Assembly: GCA_963782055.1 (NCBI GenBank)
Contig: CAWAIF010000002.1
Span: 416,001 to 480,000, forward strand
Length of the DNA: 64,000 nt
Origin: an uncultured delta proteobacterium
GTDB taxonomy: Bacteria; Myxococcota_A; Polyangia; Polyangiales; Polyangiaceae
Direction: 5' to 3'
The translations under genes were made by a program, and so were the position numbers. Below are positions 10,722 to 19,136 of the stretch, one piece after another. The notes below the pieces were generated by a model. That model was not told the origin of the DNA, searched no databases, and saw nothing but the letters and a program-made list of their open reading frames with translations. How positions within the stretch are numbered: position 1 is the first letter of the stretch; each line of letters begins with the position of its first letter.

Positions 10722-11395
10722 TGGACTTCCGCGTCCCGGTGGGCGCCGGCGCGGTGCCCGCGCGCTTCTACGCGGCGAAGGACGCCGCCGCGGTCCTGGT
10801 GCTCGCGCACGGCGCGGGCGCCGGCCAGTCGCACCCGTGGATGCTCCGGTACGCGGCGGGCCTGGCGGCGCGTGGCATCCACGTCGTCACCTTCGACTTC
10901 CCCTACATGGCGGCGGGCAAGAAGCTCCCGGATCGCAAGGACGTGCTGGAGGACTGCTATCGGGCGGTGGTGGGGCGCGTCGCGTCGATGAAGCGCGCGG
11001 GCGGCAAGCCTCTCTGCGTCGGCGGCAAGTCCATGGGCGGGCGCATCGCCTCCCAGGTGGTCGCGGGCGGACTGTCGGTGGCCGGCCTCCTCTTCTTCGG
11101 CTACCCCCTCCACCCCCCGGGCAAGCCGGAGCAGCGACGCGACGCGCACCTGCCGTCCATCCGCGCGCCGATGCTCTTCGTCCAGGGCGAGCGCGATGCG
11201 TTCGGCACGCCGCCCGAGCTGCGCGCGGTGCTGGCGAAGCTGGGGAAACGCGCGCGCCTCTTCGTGGTGGCCGCGGGCGACCACTCGCTCAGCGTGCCCA
11301 AGCGGGGTGGGCGGTTGCAGGCGGAGGTGGACGCGGAGGTCTGGGACGAGGCCGCCCGCTTCGTCCGTGGCCGGAGCGGATCGCCAGCAAGCTAG
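10721..11395 (+). CDS. Alpha/beta hydrolase (KANL3/Tex30-like)
   Basis: GTG overlaps the kbl stop; LAHGAGA, GGKSMGGR, GYPLHPPG, QGERDAFG and GDHSL motifs. Confidence 0.88.
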   Translation: MDFRVPVGAGAVPARFYAAKDAAAVLVLAHGAGAGQSHPWMLRYAAGLAARGIHVVTFDFPYMAAGKKLPDRKDVLEDCYRAVVGRVASMKRAGGKPLCVGGKSMGGRIASQVVAGGLSVAGLLFFGYPLHPPGKPEQRRDAHLPSIRAPMLFVQGERDAFGTPPELRAVLAKLGKRARLFVVAAGDHSLSVPKRGGRLQAEVDAEVWDEAARFVRGRSGSPAS

Positions 11396-11431
11396 CGGTC
11401 TGGCCGACCCCGCCTCACAGCGCCCGCCCGC

Positions 11432-11683
11432 TCAGGCGCCCTTGAAGCGCACCTCGATCTCCGCCTCCGCCTCCGGCGACGCGCCGCGCGAGACCGGGAT
11501 CGCTTCGAACCCCGGCTCGGAGCGCAGCGCCTGGAAGACGGCGCTCAGCATCCGGGGACGCACCCGCTCCTCCCACGCCCGAAGCCACGCGTAGCCGTCG
11601 TCGTCGCCCTCGTAGTCCTCGTCGAACTCGGCGGCGAGCTCGACGCGCACGACGAAGCGCGCCTCTTCGCGGTGAACCTTCAT
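11432..11683 (-). CDS. Hypothetical acidic protein (83 aa)
   Basis: MKVHREEARFVVRVELAAEFDEDYEGDDDGYAW...; typical codon bias. Confidence 0.6.
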   Translation of the reverse strand: MKVHREEARFVVRVELAAEFDEDYEGDDDGYAWLRAWEERVRPRMLSAVFQALRSEPGFEAIPVSRGASPEAEAEIEVRFKGA

Positions 11684-11705
11684 GGCGCTGTGGTAACACG
11701 AGCGC

Positions 11706-12657
11706 ATGGGAACGCTCGGCGTGCGGCGCGCCCGCGCCGCCACCGTGGTCGAGATGGCGCGCGCCTCCCGGGATGCGCTGTCGCGGCCGCTCCTCCACGA
11801 CGCCGAGCTCCACGTCGGACGCGGGGCGGAGGACGGCGTGCTGGTGGGAGCCTTCCAGCGCGCCTGCGACGCCCGCGCGCTGTCGCCGCTCGCCCGTCGC
11901 GCGACGGGCGGGGCCGCCGTCCGTGTGGGCCCCGGCTCGCTGCACGTGGTCCTCGCCCTGCCGAGCCCCTCCGCCCTCACCCCCTGCCGCGAGGACCAGA
12001 ATCCTCAACCGCTACGTGCGACCTCTGCTCCGCGCGCTGACGAAGGCCGGCGCGCCGGCGCACTACTTCGGGCGCGACTGGATCTCGGTGGCGCACCGCC
12101 CGGTGGGGTGGGTGGGATTCGGTCATCTGAGGGCGAGCGCGCGCACCGTCGTGGAGGCCATCATCGCGCTCGACACGCCTTTTGACGTCTACGCGCGCGC
12201 CTCGTTCGACGGCAAGACCCCCGCCACGCTCGCCGAGCTCGGGTTGCGGCGTGACGGCCACGAGGAGGACGTGGTGCGTGCCTACGCTGCCGCGTTCGAT
12301 CTGGAGCCTCGCTCCATGTCCGGTGAAGCGATGGCGTCGTCCGACGCCGCCGAGGCGGCGCCCGCCCTCGATCCCCCCTGGGCCGCCTGCGTCGACGAGG
12401 CGATCGGGCCCATCTGCGCGGGGCGCGACGTCACGGGCCGACTCCGGGTGGGAGGAGAGCTCCAGGCCTCGACGGAGGCCCTGCGCGACCTGGAGGAGCG
12501 CCTGTCCGCGGCCGCCCGCCTGACCCCGGACGTCGTGGGTGAGGCCGTGGACGCCGCCTTCGGCGCGCCGCACACGGCCCTGCTCGGCGTTCGCTCCCTG
12601 GCCTCCGTCCGCGACGCGATTCTCGCCGCGCTGCGGCATGGCGATCGCGCCCCCTGA
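11706..12657 (+). pseudogene. Lipoate-protein ligase A-like gene split by a +1 frameshift near 12000
   Basis: Frame 1 carries GAFQ and RRATGG...GPG (LplA-like) up to PCREDQ. The protein-like sequence continues as ILNRYVRPLLRAL...YFGRD in the next frame (GAC CAG A ATC). Confidence 0.65.
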
Positions 12658-12704
12658 CCTCAGACTCTCACCGTAGACTACGTTCCGCGGACCAGGAGGA
12701 CAGC

Positions 12705-13730
12705 GTGCGACGCAAACCGGTGGTGCTGATCACGGGCGCGAACGGCGAGATGGGGCACGGACTCATCCACGCGTTGGCGGACCATCCCGACTACGACGTG
12801 CTCGCCCTCGACATCAAGGACCTGGAGCCCGAGCTCGCCAAGCGCTGCGTGGCGACCATCGCGGGCGACATCCTGGACCGCCACCTGCTCCAGCGGCTGG
12901 TGAGCGAGTTCGAGATCCACGCCATCTTCCACCTCGCCGCCCTGCTCTCGACGCGCAGCGAGTTCTCCCCGGAGACGGCCCACGAGGTGAACGTCACCGG
13001 CACGCTCAACCTGCTCGGTCTGGCCATCGAGCAGTCGCGCTGGCACGGGCAGAAGGTCAAGTTCCTCTTCCCGAGCTCCATCGCCGCGTACGGCGTTCCC
13101 ACCCTCGCCCGCAAGCGGGAGATTGGTCGAGTCGCGGAGGACCAGTGCCTCCAGCCAACGACCATGTACGGCTGCAACAAGCTGTACTGCGAGCACCTCG
13201 GCCGCTACTTCACGCGCCACTACCGGCAGCTCGCGAAGGAACCCGAGACCAAGGGCGTGGACTTCCGCGCCATCCGCTTCCCCGGGCTCATCAGCGCCTT
13301 CACAGTGCCAAGCGGCGGAACGAGCGACTACCTGCCCGAGATGCTGCACGCCGCCGCGCAAGGACAGCCCTACGAGTGCTTCGTCCGGGAAGACACGCGC
13401 ATCCCCTTCATGGCGATGCCCGACGGTATCAACGCCCTCCTCGGCTTGCTCCACGCCCCCGCCGAGAAGCTCTCCGGCTGCGTGTACAACATCGCGGCGT
13501 ACGCGCCGAGCGCCGGCGAGTTCGCTGACCTGGTGCGCCGGGCGTTCCCGGGCGCCGACATCCGCTTCGTCCCCGACGTGCGCCGCCAGGGGATCGTGGA
13601 TTCGTGGCCGGAGGACGTCGACGACCGCTGCGCGCGCCGCGAGTGGGGCTTCTCGCCGAAGTACGACATGACCCGGAGCTTCGACGAGTACCTGCTCCCG
13701 AACATCAAGGCACGCTACAGCTCCATTTGA
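12705..13730 (+). CDS. NAD-dependent epimerase family, probable SDR-type L-threonine 3-dehydrogenase
   Basis: ITGANGEMG, FHLAALLS, PSSIAAYG, PTTMYGCNK and GGTSDY motifs of UDP-galactose-4-epimerase-like TDH; kbl is nearby. Confidence 0.85.
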   Translation: MRRKPVVLITGANGEMGHGLIHALADHPDYDVLALDIKDLEPELAKRCVATIAGDILDRHLLQRLVSEFEIHAIFHLAALLSTRSEFSPETAHEVNVTGTLNLLGLAIEQSRWHGQKVKFLFPSSIAAYGVPTLARKREIGRVAEDQCLQPTTMYGCNKLYCEHLGRYFTRHYRQLAKEPETKGVDFRAIRFPGLISAFTVPSGGTSDYLPEMLHAAAQGQPYECFVREDTRIPFMAMPDGINALLGLLHAPAEKLSGCVYNIAAYAPSAGEFADLVRRAFPGADIRFVPDVRRQGIVDSWPEDVDDRCARREWGFSPKYDMTRSFDEYLLPNIKARYSSI

Positions 13731-13776
13731 GGGGCGCACTCCCAGCCACCCACGCCCAGCAAGCGTCAGCCCCGCC

Positions 13777-13809
13777 TGTCCCCGGACACCCTTTTTCTGT
13801 CCGGGGACA
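13777..13809. promoter_or_regulatory. Double palindrome TGTCCCCGGACA-N9-TGTCCGGGGACA at the cassette 5' end (also 6386-6418)
   Basis: Two TGTCC-NN-GGACA boxes 21 bp apart that are also mutual reverse complements. Candidate operator or element terminus. Confidence 0.6.
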
Positions 13810-13900
13810 CCCGTGGATCGTTCGCCGGCAAACGAGCGCCCTGTTTTCCCGGGAGCGCGTGGGAGGGGGGGGTGGCATGAGGCGTGCTGAGGAAGGGGGG

Positions 13901-14512
13901 ATGACACCGCTCTTGTTCGGGACCAAGCGCGCGTACTACGCGACGCTGCGTGTGACGCGCCGGCTTCTCGCTCGCTTCGGGCTCACGCCGGCGCGCTTCG
14001 ACCTGCTGTACGCCCTGTTTCGCGTGCCGCACCACTTCTGTTACCAGAGCGATCTGCGCAAGGCGCTGGGGGTGGCGCGGTCGACCATCAGCAAGATGGT
14101 GACGTCACTCCAGGGCATCGGCCTGGTGGAGCGGCTGCCGCCGCTCGAGGACATGCGGCAGGTGGACGTGCAGCTCACGCCGGAGGGGCGCCGCCGCGTC
14201 TCGCGAGCGTTTCGCAGCCTCGTGCGCACGGGGCTCATCAATCTGACGACGGACTCGGCGCTCACGCCGGACCCGCACCACTGGCCCCACCCGAAGGCGT
14301 GCGGCCGCGCCCGACGGTGGCTGTCGCGGCTGCACAGCCGGCTGCGCAACACCTTCGGCGACTTCGCGACCCTGCACGCCGCGGAGGGCGATCCGTACGA
14401 GTCGGGGTGGACCTGGCTCGACCTGGTGGACCGGGTCGCGGCGAACAGGCGCATCGAGCGGCGCCGGGCGTCCGGCGACCCGTTCGAGTGGCCCGCACCG
14501 ATGATCGAGTGA
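13901..14512 (+). CDS. MarR family winged-helix protein, copy 2 (203 aa)
   Basis: Differs from copy 1 at only 2 aa (F5L and D to N in GLIDL/GLINL). Confidence 0.88.
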   Translation: MTPLLFGTKRAYYATLRVTRRLLARFGLTPARFDLLYALFRVPHHFCYQSDLRKALGVARSTISKMVTSLQGIGLVERLPPLEDMRQVDVQLTPEGRRRVSRAFRSLVRTGLINLTTDSALTPDPHHWPHPKACGRARRWLSRLHSRLRNTFGDFATLHAAEGDPYESGWTWLDLVDRVAANRRIERRRASGDPFEWPAPMIE

Positions 14513-14612
14513 GGGCGTTCCCCTCGGTGGCGCTCGCCGCAACGCTTCGCGCCGCCGGCGTCATCGCGCCCGCCCGCGCCCACACCGGCGCCACCGCGCC
14601 ACGCGCCGGCCG

Positions 14613-15182
14613 CTACTCGCGCGCCGCCGCGCCGAACGCCATGTTCATGATGACGGCCTTGCCCGGGCACTTCGAGCCGTCGAAGTGCGCGTCGGTCGCC
14701 ACCTTCTTCATGCACGCCACCGCCTCGGCGCTCAGGTCCTTCGGGTCCTTCGGGTTCGCGACCTCGATCTTCTTGACGTGCCCCTTCACGTCGATGCGCA
14801 GCGTGACGCGCACATGGCCGGTCATGTCCGGCTTCTTCGCGCGCGCCTTGAAGAAACAGCGCTTCACCTTGGGCCGCAGCGCCTGCTCGAAGGGCACCGC
14901 GGGCGCGCCGCACGTGTCGGCCTCCTCGGGCGGCGCGCTCGCCATCGCGCTCGCGCTCGGCGCCGCCGACGCGCTCGGTGCCGCCGACGCACTCGGTGCC
15001 CCCGCGGCACCCGCGGTCGCGCTCGCCGCCTCGCCCGGCGCCGATGCGCTCGGCGCGACCGTTGCGCTCGCGCTCGCCGTGCTCGTTGGCTCCGGCATGG
15101 CGTGCGTCTCCGCCTGACCACCACCGCACGCGCACGCCCACACACACGCCGCCACCAGCACCCCGATGCGTCCCTTTTGCAT
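14613..15182 (-). CDS. Lipoprotein with Ala/Ser/Pro linker and TonB-C/AgmX-PglI-like C-terminal domain
   Basis: Lipobox ACAC; APSASA repeats; VKRCF...PDMTGHVRVTLRID..G.V...C pattern. Confidence 0.65.
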   Translation of the reverse strand: MQKGRIGVLVAACVWACACGGGQAETHAMPEPTSTASASATVAPSASAPGEAASATAGAAGAPSASAAPSASAAPSASAMASAPPEEADTCGAPAVPFEQALRPKVKRCFFKARAKKPDMTGHVRVTLRIDVKGHVKKIEVANPKDPKDLSAEAVACMKKVATDAHFDGSKCPGKAVIMNMAFGAAARE

Positions 15183-15325
15183 GCGCGCATCTTACTCGCG
15201 CCACGCGCTCCCTCCAATCAAACGCAATTGTTTGAAGAGATTTCAATCAATCATTTGACACATCAAACATCGAGCTTTCACCCCTGTCCGCACTGCGCCC
15301 CGGAAATCAGCCTCGACCGAGAATG

Positions 15326-15369
15326 TGTGGATAACTTGAGGAGAACGCTGTGGGCTTCGGTGTGGACAA
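15326..15369. promoter_or_regulatory. DnaA boxes in AT-rich region
   Basis: Perfect TGTGGATAA at 15326-15334 and one-mismatch TGTGGACAA at 15361-15369; AT-rich tract about 15216-15280 with TTGACA at 15255. Confidence 0.6.
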
Positions 15370-15429
15370 AAAAAGTGATTGAGCCGCCACTTTTTTTGTT
15401 GAACCCGGTCACCGTTCTGGTGCACATAT

Positions 15430-17619
15430 GCCCTCGCAGTTCGCGGTACGTCAGTTCCGCGAGCCAACAATCGTAGAAGCCGTAAGGGGCGCTGCGGTCG
15501 GGGGCCGTCCGGGGTCTTCGGACCTCGGGGGGTCGGCCGACCGGGCCCGCAGGCGACGCTTGGACGTCAAATCCAGGCGCACGCGGCGGGTTCGAAAAGG
15601 CGCGGACACTTCGCTCGGCAAGGCCCGTACAAGGCGGCGTCGTTCGAAGGTCCTGCCGGACGTTTCCAGGGAGCAATCCCTTCTGGCGTCCGGTTCTCAC
15701 GGTGGAAGGCACCTCGGTCTCCGGAATGGCATCACCCTTCGCGGGGTGGCGTCGGAACGGAGGCCTCGGCCGGCGATGCATTCGCGGACGGGCTCCAACC
15801 CGGCTCGCGGTCACCGTCGGTGACAGGAGGGGCCTGTCCTCGCACCAAGGAGGGACCCGCCCGGCGAAAGCCGCGCGGGGCAGGAGCTCCGAGGGCACCA
15901 CGCCCTCGTCTCTTTCGCCTTCGCTCGAGCGAGGACGACCCGCGCGACTCTCATGTCATCGCGTCAGCCCGACAAAAGGCCGGCGCGGTGGGCTCTGGTG
16001 AATTCGGACCGGAGGGGTCCGGGCGCAAGCCCGGGCGTCGGAGAGATCGCGTGGCTCGCTGCAGCGTCGTGGCACGGGTGGCTTCGAAAGAGGCTGCTCG
16101 TGGCAGGTGCGCAAGCACCAGACACACGCGCGGCAAACGCTGGCGGGGCAATCCCCCGCGGCGGGCGAGGATCGCGCTCGGACGGAACGTGTCCGTGCGT
16201 CGTAAAGAAAAGTCGTTGCAGAAGTCGAGAGGCCGCGCAGGTCCAAAGAAGCGCCACCCACGCAAGCGGGGGCGTGAACGGGGGCCTGGCCATGGGAACC
16301 GCTCTTGCCCAAAGCAGAGCGCCATCCCCACGGTGAAGAGGCGCGGTGGCGGCGGGATCCTGGCGGCAAAACCAGGCCCGGCGCAGGCTCGTTCGTCCGG
16401 CGCAAGCCAGGCGGGCGCGGTTCGGGGCCTACGGTCTCCGAGCAGCAGGAAGAAGCTCCTTTCGACGGAAGGCGTCTCGGGTCGAGGAAGCGGCGTTGCC
16501 TTCACGGGCGCGTCGAACAGCCGGCCTCGGCGTCTTCGAATCGCCGTTCGGCACCGCGGAGCAATCCGCGACCGGGCGCGAGGAGAGGGCGCGACAGGGA
16601 CGTCAGAGGCTCGGTCGATCGCGCAGGCGGTGGGAACAACACGCCCCCCGGAATGCACGGCGGCCCGCCGAAGCGAGCCACGCGTCGTGAAGCGCAGGGC
16701 TCCTTGATCACGCACCCGACGGGGCAACCTCCACGGTGCGTGGCGCACGCAGGGCCGAGAAACCCCTGCGGACGCGAGGCGCGACCTCATCAGGAACGGA
16801 CGAGGCACGGGTGCTCGCAGTGAAGTTGTCGATGGCAGACGCTGGTCGTACGCATCGCGCGTGCGCGCACGGGATGTCGCAAGGCACCCCGCGGGCGTGC
16901 GCTAGCCCTCAGCCTCCGAGGTCACCGCCCTGAACGCGGTCCCCGGCCAAAGCGGAGTGCGAAACGGTGTGCGAGTACCGCGGGGATTTCATTCCGAAAC
17001 CCCAGGTGCTCGATCCGCGGGCTCGAATCCCACGGAACATTCGACACGGCGGAAGGCGCTCTGGGTCGTGGCTACATCACCCTCTCAACGGGGTGGCGAA
17101 AGCGCGGCTCTGGCTCCGCAGGTGGAAGCACGTGTCGTCGTCGCAAGACGAAGGCGCGCGCGGTCGGGCGCTCGGCGCGAGTCGAGTGTGCGGCGAGCTC
17201 GGTGAGGAATGGATCCCCATCGGGTGCCTGTGGGCGACACGGAGCGTCAGAGGTCGGTCTCTCGTCGGTCAAGGCTCCTCCAGCCGTAACAAGGCGCGGG
17301 GGGTCCGCACGCAGCACGCCGAAAGGCGACAAGCTCGCGTGCACCGGCGGCGAATCGTACCGAAGCAGGTGGTCGGTAATACCGCCACCATCCTCTCCAG
17401 GCCCTGCCGGCGCGAACCGCGCGGGGCCCGTGACGAAGGCATCGGCACCACTGGATGACGCGCGGAGCGGCGCTCGATCCTCGAAAGCGGAGATCGAGAC
17501 GCGCTCTGCGGGTGGATCGTGAGAGGCACGAAGACTGTCTCCGGGGCCAAGCGGCCCGCCACGATCAAGCGACTCCACGAAGGGCGGCCTGGGTGACCAG
17601 GTCGCCCTCGTGCTTTTTT
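15430..17619 (+). ncRNA. Candidate very large structured non-coding RNA (~2.2 kb); 5' end approximate
   Basis: No ORF with native codon bias. At least 13 hairpins capped by GCAA/GAAA/GTGA/TTCG on the + strand with frequent G-U pairs, T-loop-like hairpins, and a terminal intrinsic terminator. Confidence 0.7.
17576..17619 (+). terminator. Rho-independent terminator
   Basis: CACG-A-AGGGCGGCCTGG GTGA CCAGGTCGCCCT-CGTG followed by CTTTTTT. Confidence 0.85.
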
Positions 17620-17694
17620 GTCGCGCAAGCCTTGCGATCGTTCGCCGGCTTGCGAGCGGGGCACGGGGCGGCAGAAGGCGCTACCCTTCTCCCC

Positions 17695-19035
17695 GTGGAC
17701 AAGGCCCTCCTCTCCCGGCTCTACGACAAGCACGTCGCCACCCTCACCGAGGCCTATGCCAAGGCCCTCGCGAGCGCGGGCTTCGACGCCGCCGTGCTGC
17801 ACTCCGGCTCCCTCGTCCGCAAGACGCGCTTCGACGATCAGGACTGGCCGCTCCGGGTGGTCCCTCACTTCGCGCACTGGCTCCCCCTCGCCGAGCCGGA
17901 CTGCGCGCTCGTCGTCGCCCAGTCGGGCCCGCCGAGGCTCATCCACCCGCACACCACCTCCTTCTGGGAGGCCCCGCCCGCCCCCGAGTCGGACCATTTC
18001 TGGCCGTCCTTCCAGCTCGTGCGGCCCGCCTCGGTGGAGGCGGTGCGGTCCGAGCTGCCCAGCGGTCGGGTGGCGTTCGTCGGGGACGATGAGCGGCGGG
18101 CGGCGGGGTGGGACTTCGCCCCCGAGGCCGTCAATCCGCCTGCCCTCATCGTGGCCTTCGACGCCATCCGCACCCGCAAGACCGCCTACGAGGTGGAGTG
18201 CATCGCCGAAGCCAACCGCCGGGCCTCGCGCGGCCACGATGCGCTGCGCGAGGCGTTCGCCAGCGGCGAGACCGCCGAGCTCGCCCTGCACCTGCTCTTT
18301 TTGAAGGCCACCGCGCAGGACGATCCGGAGACGCCCTACAAGAACATCGTCGCGGGCGGCCGCCACGCCGCCACCCTGCACCACGTGAGCTACCGCAAGG
18401 ACGCCTCCGGCGCGCCCAGCCTGCTCGTCGACGCGGGCGCCGTCTGCCTTGGCTACTGCTCCGACATCACGCGCACCTGGGTCAAGGGCGACGGGGCGGG
18501 CGCCAGCGCCTTCGCCTCCCTCGTGGCGGCGGTGGAGGCGATGCAGAAGCGGCTGGTGGAGCGCATCGCCATCGGCCTGCTGTACGAGGAGCTGCATGAC
18601 GAGTCGCACCGGCAGGTGTCCGCCATCCTCCACGAGCTGGGAGTGGCCCGCATGTCCCCCGAGGCCATCGACCACGAGGGCATCAGCCGCGCCTTCTATC
18701 CTCACGGTCTGGGTCATTCGCTTGGCCTCCAGACGCACGACGTCGGCTGCGCCACCACCAGACCGCGCGCGGACAACCCCTTCCTGCGCAACACCGCCCG
18801 GATCGAGACCGGGCAGGTCTTCACCATGGAGCCGGGCGTCTACTTCATCGAGGAGCTGCTCGCCCGCCTGAAGGCCGGGCCGCACGCGGGGGACATCGAC
18901 TGGGACGTGGTGGGGGCGCTCGCGCCGTTCGGCGGGGTGCGGGTGGAGGACGACATCCTGGTGCGCGCCGAGGGCGAGCCGGTGCGGAATTTCACCCGGG
19001 AGGTGCTGCCGTGGGGCGGAGGCCTGGTCCGGTAG
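17695..19035 (+). CDS. pepQ: Xaa-Pro dipeptidase (M24 prolidase)
   Basis: PYKNIVA, LVDAGA...YCSDITRT, PHGLGHSLGLQTHDVG, TMEPGVYF and GGVRVEDDI. GTG start inferred. Confidence 0.9.
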   Translation: MDKALLSRLYDKHVATLTEAYAKALASAGFDAAVLHSGSLVRKTRFDDQDWPLRVVPHFAHWLPLAEPDCALVVAQSGPPRLIHPHTTSFWEAPPAPESDHFWPSFQLVRPASVEAVRSELPSGRVAFVGDDERRAAGWDFAPEAVNPPALIVAFDAIRTRKTAYEVECIAEANRRASRGHDALREAFASGETAELALHLLFLKATAQDDPETPYKNIVAGGRHAATLHHVSYRKDASGAPSLLVDAGAVCLGYCSDITRTWVKGDGAGASAFASLVAAVEAMQKRLVERIAIGLLYEELHDESHRQVSAILHELGVARMSPEAIDHEGISRAFYPHGLGHSLGLQTHDVGCATTRPRADNPFLRNTARIETGQVFTMEPGVYFIEELLARLKAGPHAGDIDWDVVGALAPFGGVRVEDDILVRAEGEPVRNFTREVLPWGGGLVR

Positions 19036-19136
19036 CCCCTCCCGTCGGCCGCCCCTCGCCCGATCGTTAGCCAGCCAACCCTTCCCGCCCACCGTGGGCG
19101 TTGACGGGGCGGGGGTGCCGGGCAACCCTTCGGTCG

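Larger units (their letters stand above)
13775..14513 (+). repeat. ~740 bp MarR cassette, copy 2
   Basis: Near-identical inverted copy of 5681-6420. Confidence 0.95.

Noticed and set aside
9965..11395. 476 aa ORF overlapping kbl
   Set aside because: Only the part from GTG 10721 is protein-like (alpha/beta hydrolase); the rest is an alternative frame of kbl.
5681..14513. Classical composite transposon
   Set aside because: The flanking repeats encode a MarR-type protein rather than a DDE/HUH transposase. The cassette shows no terminal inverted repeats or target duplication, and the cargo is core genes.
14940..15070. 18 bp tandem-like repeats
   Set aside because: They encode an APSASA low-complexity linker in a lipoprotein, which is ordinary.
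15820..16808. ORFs 15820-16707 (+) and 15951-16808 (-), and other ORFs in 15278-17578
   Set aside because: Arg/Gly/Ser-rich with no recognisable motifs and no G/C third-position bias like neighbouring genes. Better explained as chance ORFs over a structured RNA.
15430..17619. Interpretation as rRNA, RNase P RNA, tmRNA or a group II intron
   Set aside because: I found no universal 16S/23S signature, no GAGGAAAGTCC RNase P motif, no tRNA-Ala-like ends, no clear domain V and no RT ORF. The block has its own terminator and interrupts no gene. A degenerate intron cannot be fully excluded without covariance models.
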